This document shows positions 1 to 12,177 of a stretch of 64,000 nt of DNA, one piece after another. Position numbers and translations under genes: made by a program. The DNA lies in NCBI RefSeq assembly GCF_038025025.1, contig NW_027117339.1:2666001-2730000 (forward strand). The letters run 5' to 3'. The notes under the pieces were generated by a model. That model was not told the DNA's origin, did not search any database, and saw nothing but the letters and a program-made list of their open reading frames with translations. Within the stretch, counting starts at the first letter, position 1. Every line of letters begins with the position of its first letter. This DNA is from Phyllosticta citribraziliensis (Eukaryota).

Positions 1-1238
1 CCCATGCTGAACATCATGTTAGCGATTGCCTTGTAGGTTGGCTACCTGGTGAACTTACGGAGTGATGGTCTTCTTGGAGACGTCGAACTCGGTCGAGGCG
101 TTGCCAGCGTCTTCACCCTTGCCGATGCGGTAGATCTTGTGGTTGACGGAGGTACGGTGGTGGTAACCCATTTGACCAGCACGGGCAACGGTCCACTGGA
201 CGTGGGACGGATGCCAGGCACCGATACAGGCGACCTTCCTGAGACCCTTGTGCGTCTTCCTCGGGAGCTTCTTGGTGCCCCACCTGGAGGTGACACCGTT
301 GAAACCGTGGCCCTTGGTGACGGCGATGCAGTCAATCATCTCATCCTGCTCGAAGATGGAGGTGATGTCGACGGGCTTCTCGAAGAGACCCTGGGCGAAC
401 TCGACCTTGTCGGCGATGCTGCCACCGTTGACCTGAACCTCCATGAGGTGGGCCTTCTTCTGCTTGAGAGGGGTCTTGGAGATCTGGGTGTGGGCAAGGA
501 CGCGGACGACGGTGCAGTACTTCTTGATGCGCTCGAGCTCGCGGGTGATGCTCTTGCCGCTGTTGTCGGCGTACTGCTTGGCGTACTTGGTGAAAGCCTT
601 CTTCTTGCTCTTGTACCAGTTCTTGTAGAACCTCCTCTTGACCTCGTCCGACAAGTGCTCGGCCCAGACGGTGGTGAGCGAGCGGAGACCGCGGGGAGTC
701 TCGATGTAGCCGACGACACCAACGACGACAAGCTGCAAATTTGTAAGTACGGGTCACTGTGATGGTTTCGATGGCGGTCGATTGTACGTACGGGAGGAGT
801 CTCGACGACAGTGCAGGCCTCAACAATCTCCTTCTTGTGGTTCTTGGCACCGGGACGGTCCAGGTCGCGGACGATGGTGGTCATGCCGGCCTTGTAGCCC
901 ATCGAGGCGGTGAGGTGGACGGGCTTCTTGGAGTCGTCCTTGGGGAAGCTGTATTGTTGCCCATGTTAGCTCTCATGCCCAAAATCCGGGGTGCTCGACC
1001 AGTGCCGCGGGAGCGCTTTGCGTCCAATTCTTCGCGGGGCTGACGATTTCGACTGGTGGATCGCCCGGGCCCGTCATATCCATCTCTTTTGGTGTGCAGC
1101 GCTCCCGGGTCGGAATTGCGAAAGTGTGAACGAGGGCCGAACGTACCTCTTGACCTTACCCCGGTGACGGGCAGCCCTCTTACGGGGCAAGAAGGCCAGC
1201 GAGCCGTGGCGAGGCGCCTCGAACTTACGGTGGGACAT
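1..1238 (-). CDS. RPL3: 60S ribosomal protein L3 (5' portion; continues off the left edge)
   Basis: Exon 1238-1147 gives [30 protein letters not shown]; exon 948-792 gives ...[18 protein letters not shown]; exon 732-59 gives ...[17 protein letters not shown]. Introns are GT-AG. Confidence 0.98.
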
Positions 1239-2664
1239 TTTCGCGGTAAGTCGAGGTTGGTTGTCGTCGTGTCGTCGTCTCACCGGAGAGAGTTCAAGAG
1301 AAAGTGGACTTGCTCGAATTCTACGAGTGCGTCTAAGCGAGTGGTCCGTGCATGGTGGGATCACGTGCCATCGCCCCTTCCCCGGCCGTGACGACTGGAG
1401 TTACGTCAAGCATCGTATGGATGCTGCCAGCAGCCCAGGTGTCGAAAAAGTGAGCATCTTTTATTCCAGCTGCTGTAATGAACGACAGTCCCCTAAGCCC
1501 ATCTGTGGTGACGGCAACAGCTCCCCAAGCATTACGTTGATAGCGGATGACTGCCAGCAGCTTTTGGCAACGAATGCTCCCTGCCGGCTGGCGTTTATTC
1601 ATGGTTCTTGTCAATTCTGACAGGCAGGTGAGCATTTCGAGGCTCTCAAGTAGGTTCAATTATTTGTTGATGCAGCGTCCTCGTCGCTGCGCATCAAGCT
1701 CCCTCATTGCTCTGGCAAAATTTGGAACTTCCCCAGGCAATGGACGGTACAAGAACCTCGTAGCTGTATATTCTACAAGATTGGGTTTCGACATTCATCA
1801 TTGCTCGCCTTTTCAATTCACAGTTGATGCTGGATGCTGCTCTCGGGTTCCCGTTGCGTGCACCACAGGAGGTTGAGTCTTTGATCTGGCTGCCTCATAT
1901 GGCGTCATGCAAGACTGCCCACCACCAGGCACAGATTCGGCCTGAAAACAAAGAACAGCCATCCCAAGTGACTACGTGGACGCGTACGAGGGCTGTCAGG
2001 CACAGGGTAAGCGCTGGTGATGCTTCCACGCGCCCTCAGGCTTCCGCTACGTCATATGCACACGACTGGAAGAGACTAGCACAACGGGCACAGTGACTTT
2101 TCGGAGTGCAAAAGTACGATGGGAGATTGACGGAGCAAAGCGCAAATGTTCACGGCAAGCGCTCGATTCATTGACGTGCAAGAATCTGACGTGTGGTCGT
2201 GGGTGCACCTCAGGGCAGAGAGGCTTGGCAGAACAGTCAGCCAGTGCCGCCGCCAAACCTGACGGGAGCCAGCCAGTCCAATCCCCGCTGCACCCAAACA
2301 TTAACCTCACGCCCGTCCCCAGACCCGACTATCTCCGTACGTAATTGACCTCTGCTGGCCTTTGCTGCCGTCGACTCCAGCTCATCCTCGTCCCAGCCGG
2401 AGAGACGACGCCTCCGCCGGCCGCGCCTTTCCCTGCCCTCGACACTCATTCTACGGTGACGCGCCCAGCCCTAGCCGCTTTCGTCCAGCCGTACTCCGCT
2501 GGGACATTGCCTCAACGCCCTCAACAGCACCGCTAATACCCTCCGAAGCCCTCGCGGATCCCCTCGAGCAGCTTGTCCTTCCGCTGCAGACCTTTTGTGC
2601 CCACGTCTCCGACACCGTCACCGCCTTCTCGACCTCGAACACCAGTTGGCGCAGCTTGGAAAAG

Positions 2665-4561
2665 ATGGTAGAAGCAGAGGGCAACCCCACCACGTGGAAG
2701 TTCACTCAGTAAGCAAGCCCCTACAATACGCGGTCCGTGGTGTTTGCCCCGGAGCAAAACAAGTCACGACCCATCGCTCAAAAATCTCGCCCTGAGCCTT
2801 GAACCTCGCTGCTTGGATCGTTCTTGGCTGCCCCTCCGTCATGGACAAACAACCCGGCCCTCACACACCTGCAGCGGCTAACTGGACGTTAACCAGGTGT
2901 TTCGGTGACAAGGGAGATGTTGAAGATATCACGGAAGGTTTGTGTTTAGACCGTCGAGTCCTTTTTCTCCTCGCTTCGGCTTTTTCTTAGGTTCACGCTT
3001 ATGCTGTCTTCATTTCGCAGCTGACGTCAAGTCCAAATCAGCCGATATCATATCTACCGTCGAATTCGATGAAACGGGTGATTATCTGGCCACGGGAGAC
3101 AAAGGAGGTAGAGTCGTGCTGTTCGAGCGCAATAGGACTGTACGTGTTCAGCCCCTCGCCTACCCGCGCGGCTGACCGTTTCTGCAGAAGAAGACTTGCG
3201 AGTACAAGTTCCACACGGAGTTTCAATCACACGAGCCCGAGTTCGATTACCTCAAGTCCCTAGAGATCGAGGAGAAGATCAACAAAATCAAGTGGTGCAA
3301 GCGCCAAAACCCCTCCCACTACCTCCTCTCCACCAACGACAAGACGATAAAGCTATGGAAGGTCTTTGAGAAGTCCCTCAAGGTTGTGGCCGAGAACAAC
3401 CTATCGCAAGAGTTGACGCCAGCCGGCGTCCCAAGCGCTGGCGGTCCTGTGCAGCGCCCTCGCTTCCGCGGCGCCCATGATCTCAAGCTGCCTCGCCTTA
3501 CTCTTCACGACACGGTCGTCGCCGCGGTACCTCGCAAGACCTACGCCAATGCGCATGCATACCACATCAACAGCATATCGGTGAACAGCGATGGGGAGAC
3601 GTTCATTAGCAGCGATGATCTTCGGATCAATCTGTGGAACCTGAACATTCAGGACCAGAGCTTCAACATTGTAGACATCAAGCCTGCAAACATGGAAGAG
3701 TTGACGGAGGTCATAACTGCGGCCGAGTTCCACCCCGAGTCTTGCAACTTGTTCATGTACGCCAGCTCCAAGGGAACGATCAAGTTGGCCGATATGAGGG
3801 AGAGCGCCCTGTGCGACCAGCATTCGAAGCGTGAGTGGAAACTTCCGTGGCGATGGAGGTCTTGTCCGCTGACTTTGCGCGCCCAGAATTTGAACAGGAA
3901 GAAGACCCGCAATCCCGTTCCTTCTTTTCCGAAATCATCTCCTCCATCTCCGACGTGCGGTTCTCTCGGGACGGCCGCTACATTCTCTCCCGCGACTACC
4001 TCACCGTGAAGATTTGGGACGTGAAGATGGAGAACAAACCAGTCAAGACCATCCCTATCCACGAGCATCTCAGGCCGCGGTTATGCGACACGTACGAGAA
4101 CGACAGTATTTTTGACAAGTTCGAGGTCGTCTTTTCTGGCGACGCCAAGAACGTCATGACGGGCAGTTACAACAACAACTTCATGATCTACCCCTCGGAC
4201 CCGGACAAGGAGACGGAAGTCGTGCTGCAGGCCGACAAGTCGGCATTCAAAGCTAAGAAGGTTGGAATTCCTACCCCGATGGGTAGCAATGCGTCGACAA
4301 GCCCGACTGGCTCGGGCAAGAAGGGCAACTCGAGGGCAGGCAGCCCGGCAGCTGGTGCGATTGGGCCCGGACAGCGGATGAGGAAGGAGACGGACGCGGA
4401 TCAGATCGACTTCAACAAGAAGATCCTGCACATGAGCTGGCACCCCAACGAGGACAGCATCGCCATTGCGGCCACCAACAACGTGAGTACCTCGTCCCTT
4501 GTGGCTTGTGAATTTGGACTTGAGCTGACCAGAGCAGCTTTTTGTCTTCTCCGCATTGTAA
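2665..4561 (+). CDS. CDC55: Protein phosphatase 2A regulatory subunit B (B55/Cdc55, WD40), multi-exon
   Basis: Motifs [69 protein letters not shown] and [10 protein letters not shown]; ends AATNN|LFVFSAL-TAA at 4559-4561. Confidence 0.97.
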
Positions 4562-5477
4562 GAAGGTTCCAAAGTTGGGTTGTCTCAAAGGCGTTGGTGA
4601 AGCCGGGAAGCCTAGGTCCTCCTCTAATCCAGCGATTAATTCCGTTGTTCGCAATGATGCAGCTAGATGGCATTCTCATGAAGTCGATGAGCCAAGACAG
4701 TAGAATAGGGATGGGGCGCATCGACGTGGTCTTGAAATGAAACGTAAAAGGGAATAGCTCCAAGTGCAGTGCTCTGTGTGATATTGAACCGCGCAGTTGC
4801 TTGACATGTCGTGGGGCTTGGGGTAGACAAATAGAGCAAGACGTCGAGGAGCTTTTCCGCGCTGCATATATTAGTCCTGTACCAATCAACCTAGCGATGC
4901 CGTGCCGTTCCGTCGGCGGGTTCTGGCGTGGGTTCTAGCAGGGAGCTTGATGTTCAGCCCTACAGACGGCGAAGAAAAGCCAAGAGGCGCATGGGCATTG
5001 CCGACTCGATGCCACGGTAGCCGGATCCTCGCTCACAACTTTGCATTCGCCGCACTCACATCTTAGACAGCCCAGGATGATGGCGTAACAAGAACTGGAA
5101 GAGCTACGTACCTCACGCTTTCAACCAGGGTTCGTCAAAATTAGTAAGCACCCTTCTCAAACCACTGGCTCGAGGCCACCTTTTGTGATGTTACCTCTGT
5201 GCTCCCCCTCGGTATTGGCATGAAATAGCGGCGATCTCCGACTGCGAGCCCATCCATCTGCTGCCTCCCGTCGAGAAAGACGGCCAGGCCTGCGCGCCAA
5301 CGACTCGACTCGACTCCTCTCTGACCCTGGCTTCTAGCAGACGAGCAAACCCTTGCCTCTTCGAACCTGGCCGAAGCTTGGCCCTTTCAGCTTTCCATTC
5401 TTTTCCCGGGCCCCATTGCATCTTTGGTTTGATCGCAAGAGCGTCCAGTTAGCTAGCATAGACTGCAAGTAATCATA

Positions 5478-6738
5478 ATGCTGCCGCTTGCACCAATTGG
5501 CATCACGGCCCTCATCTTTGGAGGATGCTGCTCCAATGCAAGTCTCCCAGCTCACATCACCGCGCGTTCTTCTTTTTGACTAATTTCCTGCAGGTTTACG
5601 CCCTCGAGGCAATCGTCAAGTAAGTACGCATGCCACAAGTCTCGACGCATTAACTGACTCTGAGTAGGCGAGAACCAGACAGTGGTATGTACCGCTCGAT
5701 TCGGCCATTTGGGTTTCATTCTGGATTAACACGCTCCAGGCCTCCTCATAACCCTTGGACAATTCATTCTCACGGTGCTGGCTACCTTTCCAGCTCAGTT
5801 TGATTCCAGTCAGCCCTATTTCCTGAAGCGGAGCTCCGTACCCCTTTACAAATGGTACATGAGCGCAGCCATGTTTTTCGCCGTCAACATGTTGAACAAT
5901 TGGGCGTTTGCCTTCAACATTGCCGTACCCGTCCACATTGTTCTGCGGAGCTTCGGCAGTGCCAGCACCATGACCGCCGGATGGCTACGTGGGAAGCGCT
6001 ACTCCACTCTGCAAGTGTTTTCCGTGGCACTTTTGACGGTTGGCGTGATAGTCTCTGCTCGTGCCGACGCGGCAGGAAAGGTCAGTCATCGAATAAGCCG
6101 AGATTTTATGCGTGCTAGTCTGACATCAACCTCAGGGCAAGTCTGTGAGCACCAAGGGCATCAATTTCTCGGATGCGTCGTTCGAAGCAGGCCTGGTCAT
6201 TCTCCTAGTCGCGCAGCTCCTGTCTGCGTACATGGGCGTCTACGTGCAAGACATCTACGAGCAGCACGGCAAGCATTGGGACGAGAACTTGTTCTACTCG
6301 CATTTCCTTAGCATCCCCTTGTTCCTGCCCCTCCAGGGCACTCTGCGGAGCCAGTTCAATCGCCTGGCAGTTTCGCCGCCGCTGCGTGTGGCCGGAGTCG
6401 TGTCATCTTCGTTGCCGAGCTCGGCAGAGAGACTGCTGTCGTCGATGCCCGAGTCTGTTTTCATGTTGTTGCTCAACTCGATCACGCAATTGGTGTGCAT
6501 CAGCGGCGTCAACCTGCTTAGTGCAAATACGACTGCCGTCACGGTCACGATTGTGCTTAATATTCGCAAGCTGGTCAGCTTTCTCATAAGCATTTGGTTG
6601 TTCGGGAACAAGATGAGTGGACAGATGCTCTTCGGAGCGATGCTGGTGTTTGGGGCCGGAGCATTGTATGGATGGGAGTCGACGGTTGGCATCAAGAGGA
6701 GACAGGGCAGACAGGCAAAGGAGACGAAGAGCAGGTGA
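5478..6738 (+). CDS. YEA4: Nucleotide-sugar (UDP-GlcNAc/UDP-xylose) transporter, Yea4/SLC35B4 family
   Basis: Spliced N-terminus LIFGGCCSN|VYALEAIVK|REPDSG|LLITLGQF; motifs VPVHIVLRS, ENLFYSHFLSIP and TVTIVLNIRKLVS; hydrophobic TM segments. Confidence 0.9.
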
Positions 6739-7423
6739 CGCAAGCCGGCGAGGAGAAGAGAGCGATAGATGAGATCGGCGTGGCCTCATGCCAATAACAA
6801 GAAAGAATTGTGATGGAGACATTCCACGCCGACAGATGCCGCGCGTAGATCCACTCATGTTTCGTGGCGCCACGGACAGCATCCCGGCCGCTAAGGTACG
6901 GAAATATGCTTAACGGGACGGCTGGCGGCCAAGACGACGGCGACGGAGGCGGAAGCGGCGGCGGCGGAGGACTGACTGGCTAGCGGATTGCGGCCACGGT
7001 AGGCGGCTCTGCATAGATAGTGCGGTGGTGATTGATAAAACAAAGCTCTGGTGTTTGATGTTTCGACGCGGGCGGGCAGCCCGGTGGTGGGGCTCGCCAG
7101 GGGAGAAGTGAGAACCGAAGTGACAGCCCAGGGCCAGAAGAGGGAAGCAGGGGGGATCATGTCCAGCAGTCCGGTACGCACTGGCGCGTTCTTTGGCCTC
7201 CAACAAGAACACCTAACCTGTACCACCAACACACCACCCTCGCTCACGTCTTGAATTCTTGTCTTCACCATCCTCCTTGGTTCCCTTTTTATTGTTGCCC
7301 CGTCCTTGCCCCCTCCATTGTCTGTAAGTCGCCCTCTCCGCCGTCTCCAACATGCGGTCGCGATCCTCTAACCCGTCCTTTTCATCCCAGCTCTCCTCGG
7401 CCGCACGTAGCCTGTGGCCCACC

Positions 7424-9877
7424 ATGTCTTCGCCCGCCCCCGTGCGGTATCGCGGCAAAGACAAGCCCAAGCGCTCCGCGACGCCCTCCCTCGAGAATTC
7501 GTCCGCCGACAGCAGCGATGCCGACAAGGTCAAGGCGAAACCGAGCCCCTCCAACGGACTCGGCAGGGAGTGGGACTACAAGCTTGCCATCACCGTGATC
7601 ACGGCCCTGGCATTCATCACTCGTTTCTGGAACATTAGCCACCCTGATCAGGTCGTCTTTGACGAGGTCCACTTCGGCAAGGTGCGTGTCTACAAGTCGG
7701 TGGTTTGGAGCTTCGAGGCACCCAGGGATTTTTTTGCGCCGGCCTGAAGCTGACTCGATCTTGACAGTTTGCCTCGTACTATCTGCAGCGGACCTACTTC
7801 TTCGACGTTCACCCTCCTTTCGGAAAGCTTCTCTTTGCGTTTGCCGGCTGGCTGGTCGGATACGATGGCTCGTTCCTCTTTGAGAACATTGGCGACTCGT
7901 ACATCACCAACAAGGTGCCTTACGTTGCATACCGCGCCATGCCAGCTACCATGGGCGCTCTGACTGTTCCCGTGGTCTTTCTTATCATGTGGGAGTCGGG
8001 CTACAGTTTGCCCGCCTGCATAACTGCTGCTGGACTGTTGCTCCTCGACAATGCGCATATCGGCCAAACGCGTCTGATTTTGTTGGACGCGGGGCTCATC
8101 CTGTCCATGGCCTTGAGCGTGCTCTGCTACATCAAGTTCTACAAGGAGCGCCACGTTCCCTTTACGGTCAAATGGTGGAAGTGGCTCCTTCTGACCGGCG
8201 TCTCCCTCAGCTGCGTCATTTCCACCAAGTACGTGGGACTTTTCACGTTCCTCTCTGTCGGTGTCCCCGTTGCGATCGACCTGTGGGACTTGCTCGACAT
8301 CAACCGTCGTCAAGGTTCTCTTTCTCTGCCTGAATTTGGCAAGCACTTTGCTGCGCGCATGACGGGACTCATTGTTATTCCCTTCCTTCTCTACCTCTTC
8401 TGGTTCCAGGTCCATTTCACGATTCTCACGAGGTCTGGCCCCGGCGACGACTTCATGACCCCTGAATTCCAGGAGACGTTGAGCGACAACATCATGACGC
8501 AGCAATCTGTCGACATTAGCTACTTCGACGCCATCACCATTCGCCACAAGGAGACCAAGGTTTATCTTCACAGCCACCCAGACAGGTACCCGCTTAGATA
8601 CGACGATGGCCGCATTTCTTCCCAGGGCCAGCAAGTCACTGGATATCCCCACAACGACACCAACAACCAGTGGCAGATCATCCCTGCTCAGGCTCCGGTA
8701 GACACGCCGCGCCCCGTGAAAAACGGCGATTTGGTCCGCTTGCTTCACATGGGCACTAACACGGTTCTCCTCACTCACGATGTCGCTTCTCCGTACTTCC
8801 CCACCAACCAGGAGTTTACGACTATTGACCTGGAGACTGCCAACGGCGAGAGGTTCAACGACACGGTCTTTGAGATCAGAATTGAGAATGGCCGCCCCGG
8901 ACAGGACTTTAAGAGCATGGCTTCTCACTTCAAGCTGGTCCATTTTCCGACCAAGGTCGCCATGTGGACTCACACGACGCCTCTCCCGGACTGGGCTTAC
9001 AAGCAGGCCGAAATCAACGGAAACAAGGCAGTCCAGCAGTCCAGCAACGTCTGGTACGTTGAAGAGCTTCCGTCTGTTCCGGAAGACAGCCCGCGTCGCG
9101 CGCATGAAGCTCGCAAGGTCAAGAAGTTGCCCTTTTTCAGAAAGTATCTCGAGCTGCAGCGTGCCATGTTCTTCCACAACAATGCTCTGACTAGCAGTCA
9201 CCCGTACTCGAGCTTCCCCATTTCCTGGCCGTTCCTCCTGCGCGGTGTCAGCTTCTGGACGGACAACGACACCAGGGAGCAGATTTACTTTGTGGGCAAC
9301 CCTCTGGGATGGTGGATTGCTAGTAGCTTGCTTGCTGTGTTTGCGGGTATCATTGGCGCAGACCAGCTGGCCATACGCCGGGGCGTCGATGCGCTTGATG
9401 ACCGTAAGTTTAATGTTATTGTGTGCTTTGGAGAAGGCTTTGCTGACAAGGGCGCTAGGCACTCGGTCACGTTTGTACAACTCGACAGGATTCTTCTTCC
9501 TTACTTGGGCTGCGCACTACTTGCCATTCTTCATCATGGGACGTCAACTCTTCCTCCACCACTACCTTCCCGCGCACCTGGCGTCAGTGCTTGTGACCGG
9601 AGCCCTTGTTGAGTTCATCTTCAACATTGAGCCCCCCACGGTCGCCGAGTTGAACGGCAAGAGCAACAAAAAGGGCATGGTCCGCAGGAGACCTGTGCGC
9701 GAGAGGATCATCGGACAGTCGATGCTGGCGTCATGGGGCGCCGCTGGCGTGATTCTTGCCGTGGCACTCTGGAGCTTCCTCTTCTTTGCACCGCTCACGT
9801 ATGGCAAGCCTGGCCTCGACGTGCCACAGATTCTTGCCAGGAAGTGGTTGAACTACGACCTGCACTTTGCCAAGTAG
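7424..9877 (+). CDS. PMT4: Dolichyl-phosphate-mannose:protein O-mannosyltransferase, PMT4 subfamily
   Basis: Motifs VVFDEVHFGK, FFDVHPPFGKLL, MIR region HSHPDRYPLRYDDGRISSQGQQVTGY, SSHPYSSFP and RQLFLHHYLPA; two introns (about 7682-7768 and 9404-9458). Confidence 0.95.
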
Positions 9878-10634
9878 AAACAGTGAGGCGTAGCAGTAGT
9901 GGTGAAGCGTGGCAACATGAGAGAGGGTTTTTGGCGTCTGCATAGATGAAGATGGCAAAGGCGATGGTCGCACTGTAAGACGAGTAGGATTCTTCGAGGC
10001 AGGGATCCAGTGGCTGCAATGCACAAGGGCGCACGGGGATTGATTCTGTCACATTTTCTATTTTGTAGAGGCTACCTAGGGCGAGCGTGCATGGTTTCGG
10101 TGGTAAAAGTTAGCTTGCAAGGGACCAAGGGTCTTGAAGGAAAAGAGACCTCCTGGCAATGCAACTGCATGCAGGGAGCGTTCGTTCACTGCCAGTTACG
10201 CCCATCGAGTTGTCGTCCGCTATCGAATTGCGCTTAGAGGCGAGAGTAGCCCTCTGCGATCACATCTCGCTGAGGTAGCAGTTGTCTGCCGTCACGGTTG
10301 TGCTGAGGGAACAGTCGTCCGTCTGCAGCTTCTCATCCTCGACAGGAAAGTAGTGGCTGATGGACAGTGTGGCTAGGGATTTTAGGGTGGCTGGAGCTTT
10401 GACTTTCCCCAGCCGTGTCGGTTAAGGTACCGGTACCCGAAGCCTCCCGGGTCCCGCCCTTTGAGCTTGAATCAACATCCTCCACAGCAACTTTCTACAA
10501 ACTGAATCCTTTGTCGCCTCAGAGCTGCTTCGACGTCGGGATTCTCAGCCAGAAACACAGGTGTCCTAGTTTGTACAATGGCATATCCAGTTTGCGTGTC
10601 GCACTAACGTCGCCTCAGGAAGCACAGAGTATCC

Positions 10635-11618
10635 ATGTTCACGCCAAAACGTGCGAGCGCGTCTGGTGGGCAGACACGAGGAAGACCATATCGGGGCAAC
10701 GGCGGCGGCAGCACGCCATCCAGTGGTCGAAAGGGAAGAGCCCAAGGCAGCTTCTACCACGACACTTGGTATTGCGCCTGCAAGCCAAAGCTGCCGGCGA
10801 AACACCTGCAGTCCAGGACGTCTAGAAACCCGGGCCGGTGGTTCTTCATTTGTCCGCAGCAGCATAACGAGGAGCAGTGCGGCTTTTTCATGTGGGAGGA
10901 TGAGGCAGAAGCAGCATCGAAGCGAGGCCCTGATGAGGACAGAGACGGCGGTCCAGAGGATTCCATGACAGCACGCAACCGACACACTCTGGATGAGCGG
11001 AACGGGATTCCAACATCGCCCCCGCCGGTATACCAGTCTCAGGCCACGCCCAGCGCCAAGCGGAAATTCCAAGAGGAGGCTGACGGAGGCTTGGAGGACG
11101 AGCTTGGCTTCGAGGTCGCTGCCTCGGAGGCATGGCAGCTAGGGCGTGCGATAGCTCCCTTTACCCCACGAAAGGCGAAGAGGAGCAGCACAGGTGCGAC
11201 GCCAGCGGCAGCACATGAGCTACCAAAAACACCATTATCAGTGAGCAAAACGGTGACGCCAACAAGCAGCCAGCCCTTTCGGACAGCAAGGGACAGGGAC
11301 ATGGCAAGTCCGGCAGGCTCGGGCGACAAGGATGTCGGAGAAACGCTTGTGGGCGAGGTCATGGGGCTGTTTAGGGACCGGCGCGTCGACGTGGGAAAAG
11401 AAACGGCCGAAGCGCTTCAGAGCATGCTTCGCAGGCACGTATTACGCGCCCAGGGCATCGCCAGGGGCAGAGAGATTGCTCGGCTGGCGCTGAATGAGAA
11501 GATGGCGCTGGTAAGCGAGCTACAGGCGAAGATTCAGACGTTGGAGGCCGAACTGGAGACACGCAAGGCGATTTTGGACAAGATCAGCTGGCAGCGGGAG
11601 ACGGGGCAGTTTGAGTGA
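10635..11618 (+). CDS. GRF-type zinc finger protein with C-terminal coiled coil (function unknown)
   Basis: Single-exon 327 aa ORF; WYCAC...NPGRWFFICP...CGFFMWED matches the GRF zinc finger pattern; heptad-like C-terminus. Confidence 0.8.
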   Translation: MFTPKRASASGGQTRGRPYRGNGGGSTPSSGRKGRAQGSFYHDTWYCACKPKLPAKHLQSRTSRNPGRWFFICPQQHNEEQCGFFMWEDEAEAASKRGPDEDRDGGPEDSMTARNRHTLDERNGIPTSPPPVYQSQATPSAKRKFQEEADGGLEDELGFEVAASEAWQLGRAIAPFTPRKAKRSSTGATPAAAHELPKTPLSVSKTVTPTSSQPFRTARDRDMASPAGSGDKDVGETLVGEVMGLFRDRRVDVGKETAEALQSMLRRHVLRAQGIARGREIARLALNEKMALVSELQAKIQTLEAELETRKAILDKISWQRETGQFE

Positions 11619-11818
11619 CGAGGGGGCCAAGCCAGAAAAAGAAGGACCATGTCGTGAGGGTGGAGTGCCGTGGTACACTGGCTGCGAGGGGCCTGTGCAT
11701 GGGGTGTGGTGTTTCATGGTGATGACGTGCGTCGAGACGAGACGAGTCGAGTCGAGCAGCGCAGTGGGCGCGTGGAGAAACAGATGAAGAGGATGCAGTC
11801 TTTCCCCTGCGTCGACCA

Positions 11819-11844
11819 CAGCACAGCATCAGCGCAAGGCCAGC
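11819..11844 (-). promoter_or_regulatory. Cluster of four GCTG cores, candidate Ace1/AceA-type copper-responsive elements
   Basis: CAGC occurs at 11819, 11824, 11830 and 11841 (one reads TTGCGCTG on the minus strand), about 340 bp upstream of the Cu-ATPase ATG. Confidence 0.3.
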
Positions 11845-12177
11845 GACGGGATGAGGTTGTTTGGTTTGGTCTGGTCGGCGGGCGGAGCGGCACGTCAGGC
11901 GGGAGGAAAGCTTAGCTTGGGGGCGTCCGGGTGCGGTCCTTGTGCGGTTGCGCGAAAAGTGCGACTGGCTGCCCTGCCACCACGGAATGCGCAGACAATC
12001 GTACAAGAATGCTCCGCGCAACCCACCCACGGCATCCACCTCGCTCCCTCTTCACCACACCACCTGCATCACGACCTGCATTGCCCTTGCTGCAGCCCAC
12101 AAAAGTTTCACTCGGGGTTTCAGCCACATTCCGCTGCCCAGTGCGACCTGGACCTGCACCTGTCCCAAATACCACCC

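Noticed and set aside
49..762. 237-aa plus-strand ORF antisense to RPL3 (similar long antisense ORFs at 7690-9480, 17030-18493, 24060-25001, 31773-32513)
   Set aside because: Shadow frames produced by strong codon bias of the real genes; no recognisable motifs.
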